Assembly (NCBI GenBank): GCA_030390025.1
Contig: JASTWF010000180.1
Coordinates: 1 to 64,000 of the forward strand
Direction: 5' to 3'
Length of the DNA: 64,000 nucleotides
Source of the DNA: Squalus acanthias
Taxonomy: Eukaryota
Both the position numbers and the translations under genes were made by a program. The notes beneath the pieces are model-generated. The model was not told where the DNA came from. It did no database searches and saw nothing but the letters and a program-made list of their open reading frames with translations. Shown here in pieces: positions 51,468-62,389 of the stretch. Each line of letters starts with the position of its first letter. Position 1 is the first letter of the stretch.

Positions 51468-52239
51468 GGTGTCTCATTTGGAGTTACACGGAAAATAGCC
51501 GTATATTCTAAATATTCTGGACTGATATTAAAGATTAAACACAGATCAGGGGCAGGCTTCATTTATTGGTAGACTGAGGTGTGTTTCCCAGGGTCAGGAT
51601 TGGCTATTCTCTCAGAACCGATGACAGTTGTGCACCAATCAGTGTTCGTTGTGGTCCAATTAATTTCTCTGCCTGTTTCTCTTTCTTTCACTGTCTTTCT
51701 CGTTGTCTCTACCTCTCTCTTTGTCTCGGTGTCTGCCTGTCTGTCTCTCACTGTCTTTCGTGCGCTCTGTCTCTCCCTACCGAGTTCCATCAAGGTGCAG
51801 AATATAGAGCAATCCAATTTGTCTCAATTTCTCGCTTCAACACAACAAACTGCTCCATTGATAGTTGCAGTTATAATAGATGAAATATAATAACCACAGC
51901 TCATAGACATGTTTAAAATGGCAGCAGTTACAGCACATTCCATCCCGTATATTCATTAGGCGGGAATAATGAGACAAGTCTACACCCTCTGTATGTGCCG
52001 CAGAGTTGGAATTTGTGTGATTTCATGTTGTTTTGAACGAGCTTCATTCATCAGGTATGTCTTGGATATTAAAAATAAACAAAGGGAATCACCAGGATTT
52101 ACACTGAAGGTATCATTAATGCCGTTTATATGTTTTTCTGCATTAAAGTATAATGATAATAGTAATAAGAATAAGAATAGCAAGAAAAATGTGACGTAAT
52201 CGTGCAACAACATCCATCAGTAATTTGAGAATTCCGTAC

Positions 52240-53501
52240 GATAGCAAAATACTGCGGATGCTGGAAATCCGAAATAACAACAGAAAACGCTGGAAAAACT
52301 CAGCAGGCCAGGCAACATCCGTGGAGAGAGAAACAGAGTTAACGTTTCAGGTCGAAACCCTTCGTCGGAACTGAGAGAAGAGCAGGAAATTAAACAGATA
52401 AAAATGCAAGGTGGTGGCTGGGGGGAGGAATAAAAGAACAAAAGGTGTGGTCTATAGTAAGTAGAGACATTAAGAGATGCTCAAGGCAAGACGAGATGGT
52501 AATGGAACAGGTTAAGAAACAAAAGGTGGAGTGTGAAATGCTGGCAGAATGAGAGACAGCTGCCGTAGGGGGAGAGAGAGAAAATAAAGGAAAAAAGCAC
52601 GGACCAAAAGGGTGGATAAAATGTATACATATGTGGTAGGGGCCGGGGTTATGATCTGAAATTGTTGAACTCGATATTGAGTCCAGAGGGCTGTAAAGTG
52701 CCTAAACGAAAGATGAGGTGCTGTTCCTCGAGCTTACGCTGAGCTTCCGTGGAACAATGCATGAGGCTGAGGACGGTGAGGTCTGAGTGGGCGTGGAGGG
52801 GTGAATTAAAATGACAAGCGACCGGAGGCTCGGGGTCACCCCTACGGACTGAACGGAGGTGTTCCGCAAAGCGGTCACCCAATCTGCGTTTGGTCTCCCC
52901 AGTGTAGAGGAGACCACATCGTGAGCAGCGAATACAGTATACTAGATTCCAAGAAGTACAAGTAAATCACTGTTTCACCTGGAAGGGGTGTTTGGGGCCC
53001 TGGAGAGTGGGAAGGGGGGATGTACAAGGGCAGGTGTTGCATCTCCTGCGCTTGCACGGGAAGGTCCCGGGTGAAGGGGAAGGGGTGATGGGGGTGATAG
53101 ACGAGTGGACTAGGGTGTCTCGGAGGGAGCGGTCCCTCCGGAATGCTGAAAGGGGAGGTGAGGGGAAGATACGTTTGGTGGTGGGATCACGTTGGAGGTG
53201 GCGGAAATGACGGAAGATGATCCGTTGAATGTGGAGGCTGGTGGGGTGAAAGGTGAGGACAAGGGGAACTCTATCGTGGTATCGTCTTGCCTTGAGCATC
53301 TCTTAATGTCTCTACTTACCATAGACCACCCCTTTTGTTATTTTATTCCTCCCCCCAGCCTCCCCCTTGCATTTTTATCTGTTTCATTTCCTGCTCTTCT
53401 CTCAGTTCCGACGAAGGGTTTCGACCTGAAACGTTAACTCTGTTTCTCTCTCCACGGTTGTTGCCTGGCCTGCTGAGTTTTTCCAGTGTTTTCTGATGTT
53501 A
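52240..53501 (-). mobile_element. Penelope-like element 3' fragment (GIY-YIG endonuclease) with inverted pseudo-LTR and 15-bp TSD
   Basis: RVPLVLTFHP...PGTFPC..RRCNTC and LVYCIRC...YTGET.RRLGDRFAEH...GLN. Inverted repeats at 52281-52493 and 53282-53495. TTGAGAATTCCGTAC flanks it at 52225-52239 and 53502-53516. Confidence 0.92.
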
Positions 53502-53709
53502 TTGAGAATTCCGTACTTTCCCAGGCAGAGCGCCGTTTACCTGACATCGCCACTAGAGGGAGCTCCCTCATCGTGTTTGCGGTTTCACTGCAGCAAATGA
53601 ATCGCAAGATCACAAGGTTGTAGAGGATGAGCAATGCCGTCAGTCCCATCTTAAGTTAACCTTCCTGAAAAACTACATCTCAAAATATTCTTTAGTTATT
53701 AAAAGGCGC

Positions 53710-54435
53710 GAGACTAGTGAATCTTGATATTCAATGGGAGCTGTACACGAATCACAGAAAGTTTACATGCAATTACAGCAAGCCCTTTGGAAGACAAATG
53801 CTCTATCATCCTTTATTGCAGGGGTTGGTGTATAAGAGTTAGGGAGTCTTGCTGCAGTTAAATAGGGCCTCTTTGAGACCGCACCTGGAGTATTGTGTTC
53901 AGTTTTGTTCTCCTTCCCTAAGGAAGGATGTACTTGCCTTAGAAGCAAATAAGTTTCAACAGATTGATTCCTGATATGACAAGGCTATCACATGAGGAGA
54001 TATTGAGTAGAATGGGACTATATTTTCTGGAGTTCAGAAGAATGAGAGGTGGTCTCATTGAAACGTATAAAATTCTTAGAGGGCTTGACAGGGTAGATGC
54101 TGAGAGCCTGTTTCCCCTGGCTGGAGAATGTGGAACTCGGGTTCATAGTCTCAGGATAAGGGATCGGCCATTTAGGACTGAGGTGAGGAGATATTTCATC
54201 ACTCAAAGGTTTGTGAAACTTTGGATGTCTCTATCCCAGAGGATTGTGGATGCTGAATCGTGGAGAATATTCAAGACGAGATTTATAGATTATTCGGCAC
54301 AAAGGGAATCAAGGGATATAGGGATCGGGCGGGAAAGTGGAGTTGTTGTGCAAGTTCAGGCATGGTCTTATTGAATGGCGGAGCAGGCTCGAGGAGCCGT
54401 ACGGCCTACTCCTGCTCCTATTTCTTATGTTCTTA
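53710..54435 (+). mobile_element. CR1 LINE 3' fragment
   Basis: GLYFLEFRRMRGGLIETYKIL...FRTEVRR plus 3' tail. Confidence 0.85.
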
Positions 54436-54714
54436 CCAAAGTAATGCCATGCTTTTGGACTCTTGTCATTTTGCCAGGATTCCTTTCCAGCTGTCGATCA
54501 CTCTCTGCGTGACAAACAGTCTCCTGATCTCAGTCGTAAAGTTTACATTTACTAGTTTGACCCTGTGCCCACTTGTCCTTAGGTTGGAGTTTAATTTAAA
54601 GTTGTTTTCCCGACTAAATCTTCCCCTATCATGTGCTACCTTATATATCGATGTCATTGTTTTTCCTGCAATTACTGCTTCTATTTTAGGCATTGATCCT
54701 CTCGCTGTATCTAT

Positions 54715-57630
54715 ATCTGTTTCTCTCACTGTCTCTCCATCTCTTTCTCTCACGGTCTCTCCATCTCTTTCTCTCACTATCGCTCCATCTCTTTCTCTCA
54801 CGGTCTCTCCATCTCTTTCTCACACTGTCGCTCCATCTCTTTCTCTCACTGTCTCTCCATCTCTTTCTCTCACGGTCTCTCCATCTCTTTCTCTCACTGT
54901 CGCTCCATCTCTTTCTCTCACGGTCTCTCCATCTCTTTCTCACGCTGTCGCTCCATCTCTTTCTCTCACTGTCTCTCCATCTGTTTCTCTCACTGTCGCT
55001 CCATCTCTTTCTCTCACTGTCTCTCCATCACTTTCTCTCACTGTCGCTCCATCTCTTTCTCTCACGGTCTCTCCATCTGTTTCTCTCACTGTCGCTCCAT
55101 CTCTTTCTCTCACTGTCTCTCCATCACTTTCTCTCACTGTCGCTCCATCTCATTCTCTCACGGTCTCTCCATCTCTTTCTATCACTGTCTCCATCTCTTC
55201 CTCTCACTGTCTCTCCATCTCTTTCTCTCACTGTCGCTCCATCTCTTTCTCTCATGGTCTCTCCATCTCTTTCTCTCACTGTCTTCATCTCTTCCTCTCA
55301 CTGTCTCTCCAAATTTTTCTCTCTCTGTCTCTCCATCTCTTCCTCTCACTGTATCTCCATCTGCTTCTCTCACTGTCTCCATCTCTTTCTCTCACTGTCT
55401 CCATCTCTTTCTCTCACTGTCTCTCCATCTCTTTCTCTCACTGTCTCTCCATCTCTTTCTCTCACTGTCTCCATCTCTTTCTCTCACTGTCTCTCCATCT
55501 CTTTCTCTCACTGTCTCTCCATCTCTTTCTCTCACTGTCTCTCCATCGCTTTCTCTCACTGTATCTCCATCTGTTTCTCTCACTGTCTCTCCATCTCTTT
55601 CTCTCACTGTCTCTCCATCTCTTTCTCTCACTGTCTCTCCATCTCTTTCTCTCAATGTCGCTCCATCTCTTTCTCTCACGGTCTCTCCATCTCTTTCTCT
55701 CACTGTCGCTCCATCTCTTTCTCTCACTGTCTCTCCATCTCTTTCTCTCACTGTCGCTCCATCTCTTTCTCTAACGATCTCTCCATCTCGTTCTCTCATG
55801 GTGTCTCCATCTCTTTCTCTCACTGTCTCCATCACTTCCTCTCACTGTCTCTCCATCACTTTCTCTCACTGTCGCTCCATCTCATTCTCTCACGGTCTCT
55901 CCATCTCTTTCTATCACTGTCTCCATCTCTTCCTCTCACTGTCTCTCCATCTCTTTCTCTCACTGTCGCTCCATCTCTTTCTCTCACGGTCTCTCCATCT
56001 CTTTCTCTCACTGTCTCTCCATCACTTTCTCTCACTGTCGCTCCATCTCATTCTCTCACGGTCTCTCCATCTCTTTCTATCACTGTCTCCATCTCTTCCT
56101 CTCACTGTCTCTCCATCTCTTTCTCTCACTGTCGCTCCATCTCTTTCTCTCACGGTCTCTCCATCTCTTTCTCTCACTGTCTCCATCTCTTCCTCTCACT
56201 GTCTCTCCAAATTTTTCTCTCTCTGTCTCTCCATCTCTTTCTCTCACTGTCGCTAAATCTTTTGTTCTCACTGTCTCTCCATCTCTTTCTCTCACTGTCT
56301 CCATCACTTCCTCTCACTGTCTCTCCATCTGTTTCTCTCACTGTTTCTCCATCTCTTTCTCTCACTGTCTCCATCTCTTTCTCTCACTGTCTCTCCATCT
56401 CTTTCTATCACTGTCTCTCCATCTCTTTCTCTCACTGTCGCTCCATCTCTTTCTCTCACTGTCTCTCCATCTCTTTCTCTCAGTGTCTCTCCATCTCTTT
56501 CTCTCACTGTCTCCATCTCTTTCTCTCACTGTCTCTCCATCTCTTTCTCTCACTGTCGCTCCATCTCTTTCTCTAACGGTCTCTCCATCTCGTTCTCTCA
56601 TGGTTTCTCCATCTCTTCCTCTCACTGTCTCTCCGTCTCTTTCTCTCACTGTCTCTCCATCTCTTTCTCTCACTGTCTCTCCATCTCTTCCTCTCACTGT
56701 CTCTCCATCTGTTTCTCTCACTGTCTCCATCTCTTTCTCTCACTGTCTCCATCTCTTTCTCTCACTGTCTCTCCATCTCTTTCTCTCACTGTTTCTCCAT
56801 CTCTTTCTCTCACTGTCTCTCCATCTCTTTCTCTCACTGTCGCTCCATCTCTTTCTCTAACGGTCTCTCCATCTCGTTCTCTCATGGTTTCTCCATCTCT
56901 TCCTCTCACTGTCTCTCCGTCTCTTTCTCTCACTGTCTCTCCATCTCTTTCTCTCACTGTCTCTCCATCTCTTCCTCTCACTGTCTCTCCGTCTCTTTCT
57001 CTCACTGTCTCCATCTCTTTCTCTCACTGTCTCTCCATCTCTTTCTCTCACTGTTTCTCCATCTCTTTCTCTCACTGTCTCTCCATCTCTTTCTCTCACT
57101 GTCGCTCCATCTCTTTCTCTAACGGTCTCTCCATCTCGTTCTCTCATGGTTTCTCCATCTCTTCCTCTCACTGTCTCTCCGTCTCTTTCTCTCACTGTCT
57201 CTCCATCTCTTTCTCTCACTGTCTCTCCATCTCTTCCTCTCACTGTCTCTCCGTCTCTTTCTCTCACTGTCTCTCCATCTCTTTCTCTCACTGTCTCTCC
57301 ATCTATTTCTCTCACTGTATCTCCATCTGTTTCTCTCACTGTCTCCATCTCTTTCTCTCACTGTCTCCATCTCTTTCTCTCACTGTCTCTCCATCTCTTT
57401 CTCTCACTGTCTCTCCATCTCTTTCTCTCACTGTCTCCATCTCTTTCTCTCACTGTCTCTCCATCTCTTTCTCTCACTGTTTCTCCATCTCTTTCTCTCA
57501 CTGTCTCTCCATCTCTTTCTCTCATGGAACTCCATCTGTTTCTCTCACTGTCGCTACATCTGTTTCTATCCCTGCCTCTACGTCTATTTTTCTAACTGCC
57601 GCTACATCTGTTTCTCTCACTGTTTCTACA
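54715..57630. repeat. Pyrimidine-rich minisatellite, ~22-24-bp unit CTCTCACTGTCTCTCCATCTCTTT, on the order of 120 copies
   Basis: Directly visible; it explains the long low-complexity ORFs. Confidence 0.97.
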
Positions 57631-58777
57631 TCTGATTCTTTCTCCCTCTTTTCTCTCTCCGATTCTCTCATTGCCTCTCCCTCGTTTTATCTTCCCCTGT
57701 TGATCTTCCCGTATCTACCTGAATTTCTCTCCCTGTATCTCTATCTGTGTTTCTCTCCCTGTTTCTCCCTCAATCTTTCTCGCTCTATTTATATCTATTT
57801 CTTAGCCTGTCTCTCACTTAATGACAGATTTGAAAAGTATGTATGAGCACCTCACCACATGAACTGCAACGGTTCAAGAAAGCGGCACACCACCAACTCT
57901 TCGTGGGCATTTAGGGATGAGCAACAAATGCTGGTTTTGCCAGGATCACCCATGTCCCGCGAATGAATAAAAAATACACGAATGAGCCGCCAGGTGGTGC
58001 TCTGATATGTCGCTAGTTTTCATTGCAGTAAAAATATCCAAGTGTTTCTTTTGGATTCCATTCCCGGGAGATTACTCTCGATTAGGTGACGGTTACTGTT
58101 GTAGAGGGCGAGAGTAGTCAGTACTCTGTAGCGAGTGCAAACAGCACAAGTCAGGTATATCCCGGCCCTGCCGCAACCACAAGCATCAAACCCTCCCCCG
58201 TTAATTTCAAGACCTTCCCATCCAAAACCAAATGCGGCCTTTATTCATTTTATGGGCTCTATTTGAATGTAGCAGAAATATTAACATTAAACCAACTGAT
58301 CTGCTCAGTCCCCATCAGGCGCAATAGATCGCCATCCTTTCTGTCCCCACTGGATTCCAAACCAAGTCCCGGAGGGTGAAAGATCAGTGAATGATCCACT
58401 GACCCACCCAATCCCCCATCAGAGGGAGAGGAGATCTTCATCCCCCTCTGCCTGGGCTGGATTTGAACCCTGGTCCCAGAGGGTGAAAGGGTGAAATATC
58501 TGACGCACTACCGCAGCAGTACTGCATGAGTCACTGGTAACCTTGGCGGTTTTTATTCAAGAGGATAAATGAGAAACCGGGCCACCAGAGGGCGTTTCAG
58601 TGCGAATAAAGCGTCAGCACTTGCATTGTTCCCTGGCCCTCAGTAAGTGTATAAGTGATACGTACCATCACACCTGATAAAAAATAATATAATTGTTGCA
58701 CATCAGAATCGCCCGGAATCAAATCGAGCTTCCAGTAATATTCTTGATCCACCGAACGCAGAAGTCAGGAAAACGCA

Positions 58778-59175
58778 ATGAATGAAATTGCAACTTTTAC
58801 TTTTTTTATTTTAGGTGAGTTTTATTTGCAGAAAAGCGTTCGCCGTTACAATATATTTCTTGTGTTTAATTTTCCGTCTCTTTTATATCGGCAGTTATCG
58901 GCGGCGAGGCTGTGATCCACCAACCACAGCAGGTGTTTGCACAAGAGGGACAATCGATTGAATTCCAGTGCAATGCGACCACCAGCGGCTCTGAGCGTAT
59001 ATTCTGGTACAGACAACTACAGAACCGTGGCCCTAAGTTTATCATATCTGCTATCAAGGGCAACAACACTGATGGACGATTCAAACTTTTCATCGACCCA
59101 ACAAGAAGTTATAACATTCTCGGTATGGACAGCACCGCGGTATCAGACGCTGGAGTGTATTACTGTGCAGTGAGG
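58778..59175 (+). CDS. TCR V segment V10 (intact): leader 58778-58814, V exon 58895-59175
   Basis: Leader MNEIATFTFFIL|GTGAGT, in phase. V: VIHQP...EFQCN...IFWYRQ...GRF...SDAGVYYCAVR. RSS CACCGTG(59176-59182)-23-ACAATATCT(59206-59214). Confidence 0.88.
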
Positions 59176-60674
59176 CACCGTGAGACAAAGGCTTAACGCT
59201 CCAGTACAATATCTCCTGCAGGTTCCGAACAGACAATCTCCACACCGCTCCTCTGCTCTCCTGAATGTTTTGCCTCCTTTGTGGGGTTACAGTTCCACAA
59301 GCTCCATTCATTCTGTGAGAACGGTTTAATCAGACTGTTCTAAAGTCTACTAATGTTATACTGCTATTTCATTTTGTAATAATGTTAAGCTTTAGCCTTT
59401 GCCTGTTAAGCAGGGAAGTTTAAGCCAACTTAAATTATCACTGGCTATTGAGCCAGGGCTGACACAGCAGCAGTGTTTAGTTTCGTCACTTCAGTTGCAA
59501 ACGGAGACCATTCATGGAATTATAGAATCAATGAATCATACAGCACGGGGGAGGCCATTCGGCCCTTTGTTCCAGTGCCGGCTCGATGAAAGAGCAATCC
59601 AATTACTCCCACTCCCCTGCTCTTACACTTTAGCCCAGCAAATTTCTCTTTTTTCATGTTTGAAACATTGTTCAGCTACTTTATTTAAGAAAATGGATAA
59701 AGTATTAGATTCGGAAATAGAGGCATTGATTTCAAATGCAAGTTGTGTTTTTTAATGTTATGATGAATTACTAAGGTATTGTGAATGTCAACATATTGTA
59801 AATATTTTTACTGAGCAGTTCACCTCAGTATCACTGACCCTATCTGCTGCTTGCTCCCTCCCATTCTACTCAAACCTATTATTCACTTCCCACTTCATTC
59901 ATCCAAGACGCGCCGCTTGTCTAATTTACCGCATCGTTGTGTTCAAATCCCTCAGGACCCGCTGACCGTCTATTTCTCCCTTTATATAGGCTGGGGGTAG
60001 CTCTAATGGTTATTGAGCAGCTGTTTTGATGGGAGCCTCCCGCACTGATACCAGTACAACATTAACTATTCCCCTTCGCTGCCGCCATCTCACAGATTGA
60101 CCCGATTAAATGGACAACATTGGGTTTATTCCCCGTCCAGTTCTCAGTTGTCATGAGAACAATTTCATTCTAATGTAACATTCCTATTTACACCGAGGTG
60201 TCCGCTCTTTGCGGTAGAATTCCTCTGGTCGCTACTCCGAGTGACATCGTGAACGCATTCTAAAATAATGAATGACGATTCTACTAAACTAGCGATGAGA
60301 CGAGATTTCCCGCTGTGCTTAGGATGTCGCTAACACAGGGAGACCAGAGGAAATCTTCCCCTTGTTTATCCCCAGCATAAGATTATCAAACCCGACCTCC
60401 TGTCAACCACCTGAGTCTCATTACTGACAGTGAGAGAAACAAACTGAACATCTTCATCTACATTCAAATAGTTTTTGTCACTTTGAGGTACTTTCCTCCG
60501 GTCAAACTGTCTCTCAGGTAAATTAGAGATCAAGCTGTCTTCGGGTGAATTAGAGATCAAGCTGTCTCTCAGGTCAATTAGAGATCAAGCTGTATCTTTT
60601 TCTTAGTCTTTCTCGCTCTGATCAGCAGGATGCTAAGTTAATGTCTCAATTTTCTGAAATACACTGGTGGTTAA

Positions 60675-60940
60675 AGAACTGACATCAGAGCAGCCGCAGT
60701 CGGCGCTCTCAGCTCTTTCTGATAGATATTCTGCAGGAAGTGACATCTGACATCAGACCAGCCCCCTCGGCGGTCTCAGATCTTTCTGATTGATGTTCTG
60801 CAGGAAGTGACATCAGACCAGCCGCAACAGGTGCTCTCAGCTCTTTCTGATTGATGTTCTGCAGGATATGGCATCAAACCAGCCCCAACCGTTGCTCTCC
60901 GCACTTTCTGATTGATGTTTTGCAGGTTTCTGTGACACAA
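60675..60940 (+). promoter_or_regulatory. Putative V11 promoter made of ~4 tandem 60-67-bp units carrying Ets (CAGGAAGTG) and CRE-like (AGTGACATCA) motifs
   Basis: Repeated gctctcagctctttctgattgatgttctgcaggaagtgacatcagaccagcc immediately 5' of the ATG at 60970. Confidence 0.55.
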
Positions 60941-60969
60941 AAGGTCCCTCCAATTCCGGAGCAGCAGCA

Positions 60970-62058
60970 ATGCGGCACCCCATTCTCGCTGTGCTGTGGG
61001 TGACATTACTTCTCGGTAAGAAGTTTATAACTTTAAAAAGGAATTAATTTCTAGAGGACTACAATTCAAAGGCAGAGCGGTTACGGTAAGCTGGTATCGA
61101 ACCGTGGTTAAACCAGACTTGGAGAAATAGGCACAGTTCTGGTCTTCTAATTACAGAAAGGACATGGAGGCATTAGAGAAGATGCAACAAAGATTCACAA
61201 GGACGACACCAGAACTGAGAGATTATAACTTCAGGAAAGATTCTACAGGTTGGGTGTCTTTACTCCAGGAAGGAACGGCTTAGGCGCGACCACAGACACA
61301 TCTTTAAAATTACGAAGCTGATTGTGAGGGTAGACGTAGAGAATATGTTTCCACTTGTGGTGGAGTCCAAAACTCCTCGGCAGAAATATTAGATTATCAC
61401 AAAAAAATCAAATAGGAAATTCAGGAGAAAAGTCTTTACCAAGGTTAGAATGTGGAACTCGTTACCACAAGGAGTCGTTGAGGCGAACAGCATAGATGCG
61501 TTTTAGGGGAAGTGAGATAAGCGCATGAGGGAGAAAGGATTTGAGCGATATGCTGATAGGGAGAGATGAAGAAGGTTGGGTGGAGGCTCGTGTGGAGCAT
61601 AAACACCGGCGTAGACCATTTGTGCTGAATGACCTACTTCTGTTCTGTAAATTCTATTTAATTTTATGTAAAACTCACTGCGCATTTTCACCGTCAGTTG
61701 GTTCAGTTTGAAGCTTTAATCGATGATTTCCGCTTTCTTTAACTGTGTGTTCCAGATCTGAGCGATGGAGATTCTGTTACTCAGCGGGAGCGCTCGCTCA
61801 CACAGACAGAGGGAGAAGATGCCACTTTAACCTGCACCTATCCCGGCGATGGTTATTACTTATTCTGGTACCGCCAATACCCGGGCAGACAGCCCGAGCT
61901 TGCAGTCCGGAGGCATACGAACGGCGGTTTTAAATATCAGGCGATTTCGCTCAAGGCCGGTTTTCTGATACAGTCCTTGGGTCAGAGAAGTTGTACCTAT
62001 TGACCATCTCGGAGCTGCGGCTTACTGACACCGCGGTGTATTACTGTGCACTGAGTCT
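60970..62058 (+). pseudogene. TCR V segment V11: leader 60970-61015, V exon 61756-62058 with a -1 frameshift near 61941
   Basis: Leader MRHPILAVLWVTLLL|GTAAGA. V reads DSVTQ...TLTCTY...LFWYRQYPG, then shifts frame before DFAQGRFS...DTAVYYCALS. RSS CACAGTG(62059-62065)-23-ACAATAACT(62089-62097). A CR1 fragment occupies the intron (~61030-61660). Confidence 0.87.
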
Positions 62059-62389
62059 CACAGTGATGGGAACGAGCTAAAGCCTCGTACAATAACTGCC
62101 GCAGGTTTCTGGGTCACAGCTGCTGTCTATTGTGGGCTGTTTATCACAGCGGGTCAGACACTGACACGTGAATACATTCCTGTGCGCGCAGACCCCGATC
62201 AGAATCCACATAAAACTCATACCAAACCGTCACATCGAATACTGATTCCGTCTGATTATTGTATTAACTGTGTGAGGTCAGCATTGACTGCTGTTTATTT
62301 ATGTATTTCTGGGAACACGCCAGTCTCTTTGAGAATAAACACACCTGCGGGTTACTGGAAGTGGTTCTATCGATGCACCGCTGCTTTGG

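Noticed and set aside
54260-57846. Long ORFs (504, 627, 320 aa)
   Set aside because: Translations of a stop-poor pyrimidine minisatellite.
23054-62097. IgHV/TAILV or NAR-TCR V segments among the Vs
   Set aside because: They show TCR-like WY.Q and Y(Y/F)C-A(L/V/M)-type motifs rather than WVRQ/YYCAR. I saw no promoter octamer, no CDR1 Cys and no linked D-J cassette. Alpha versus delta cannot be assigned by eye.
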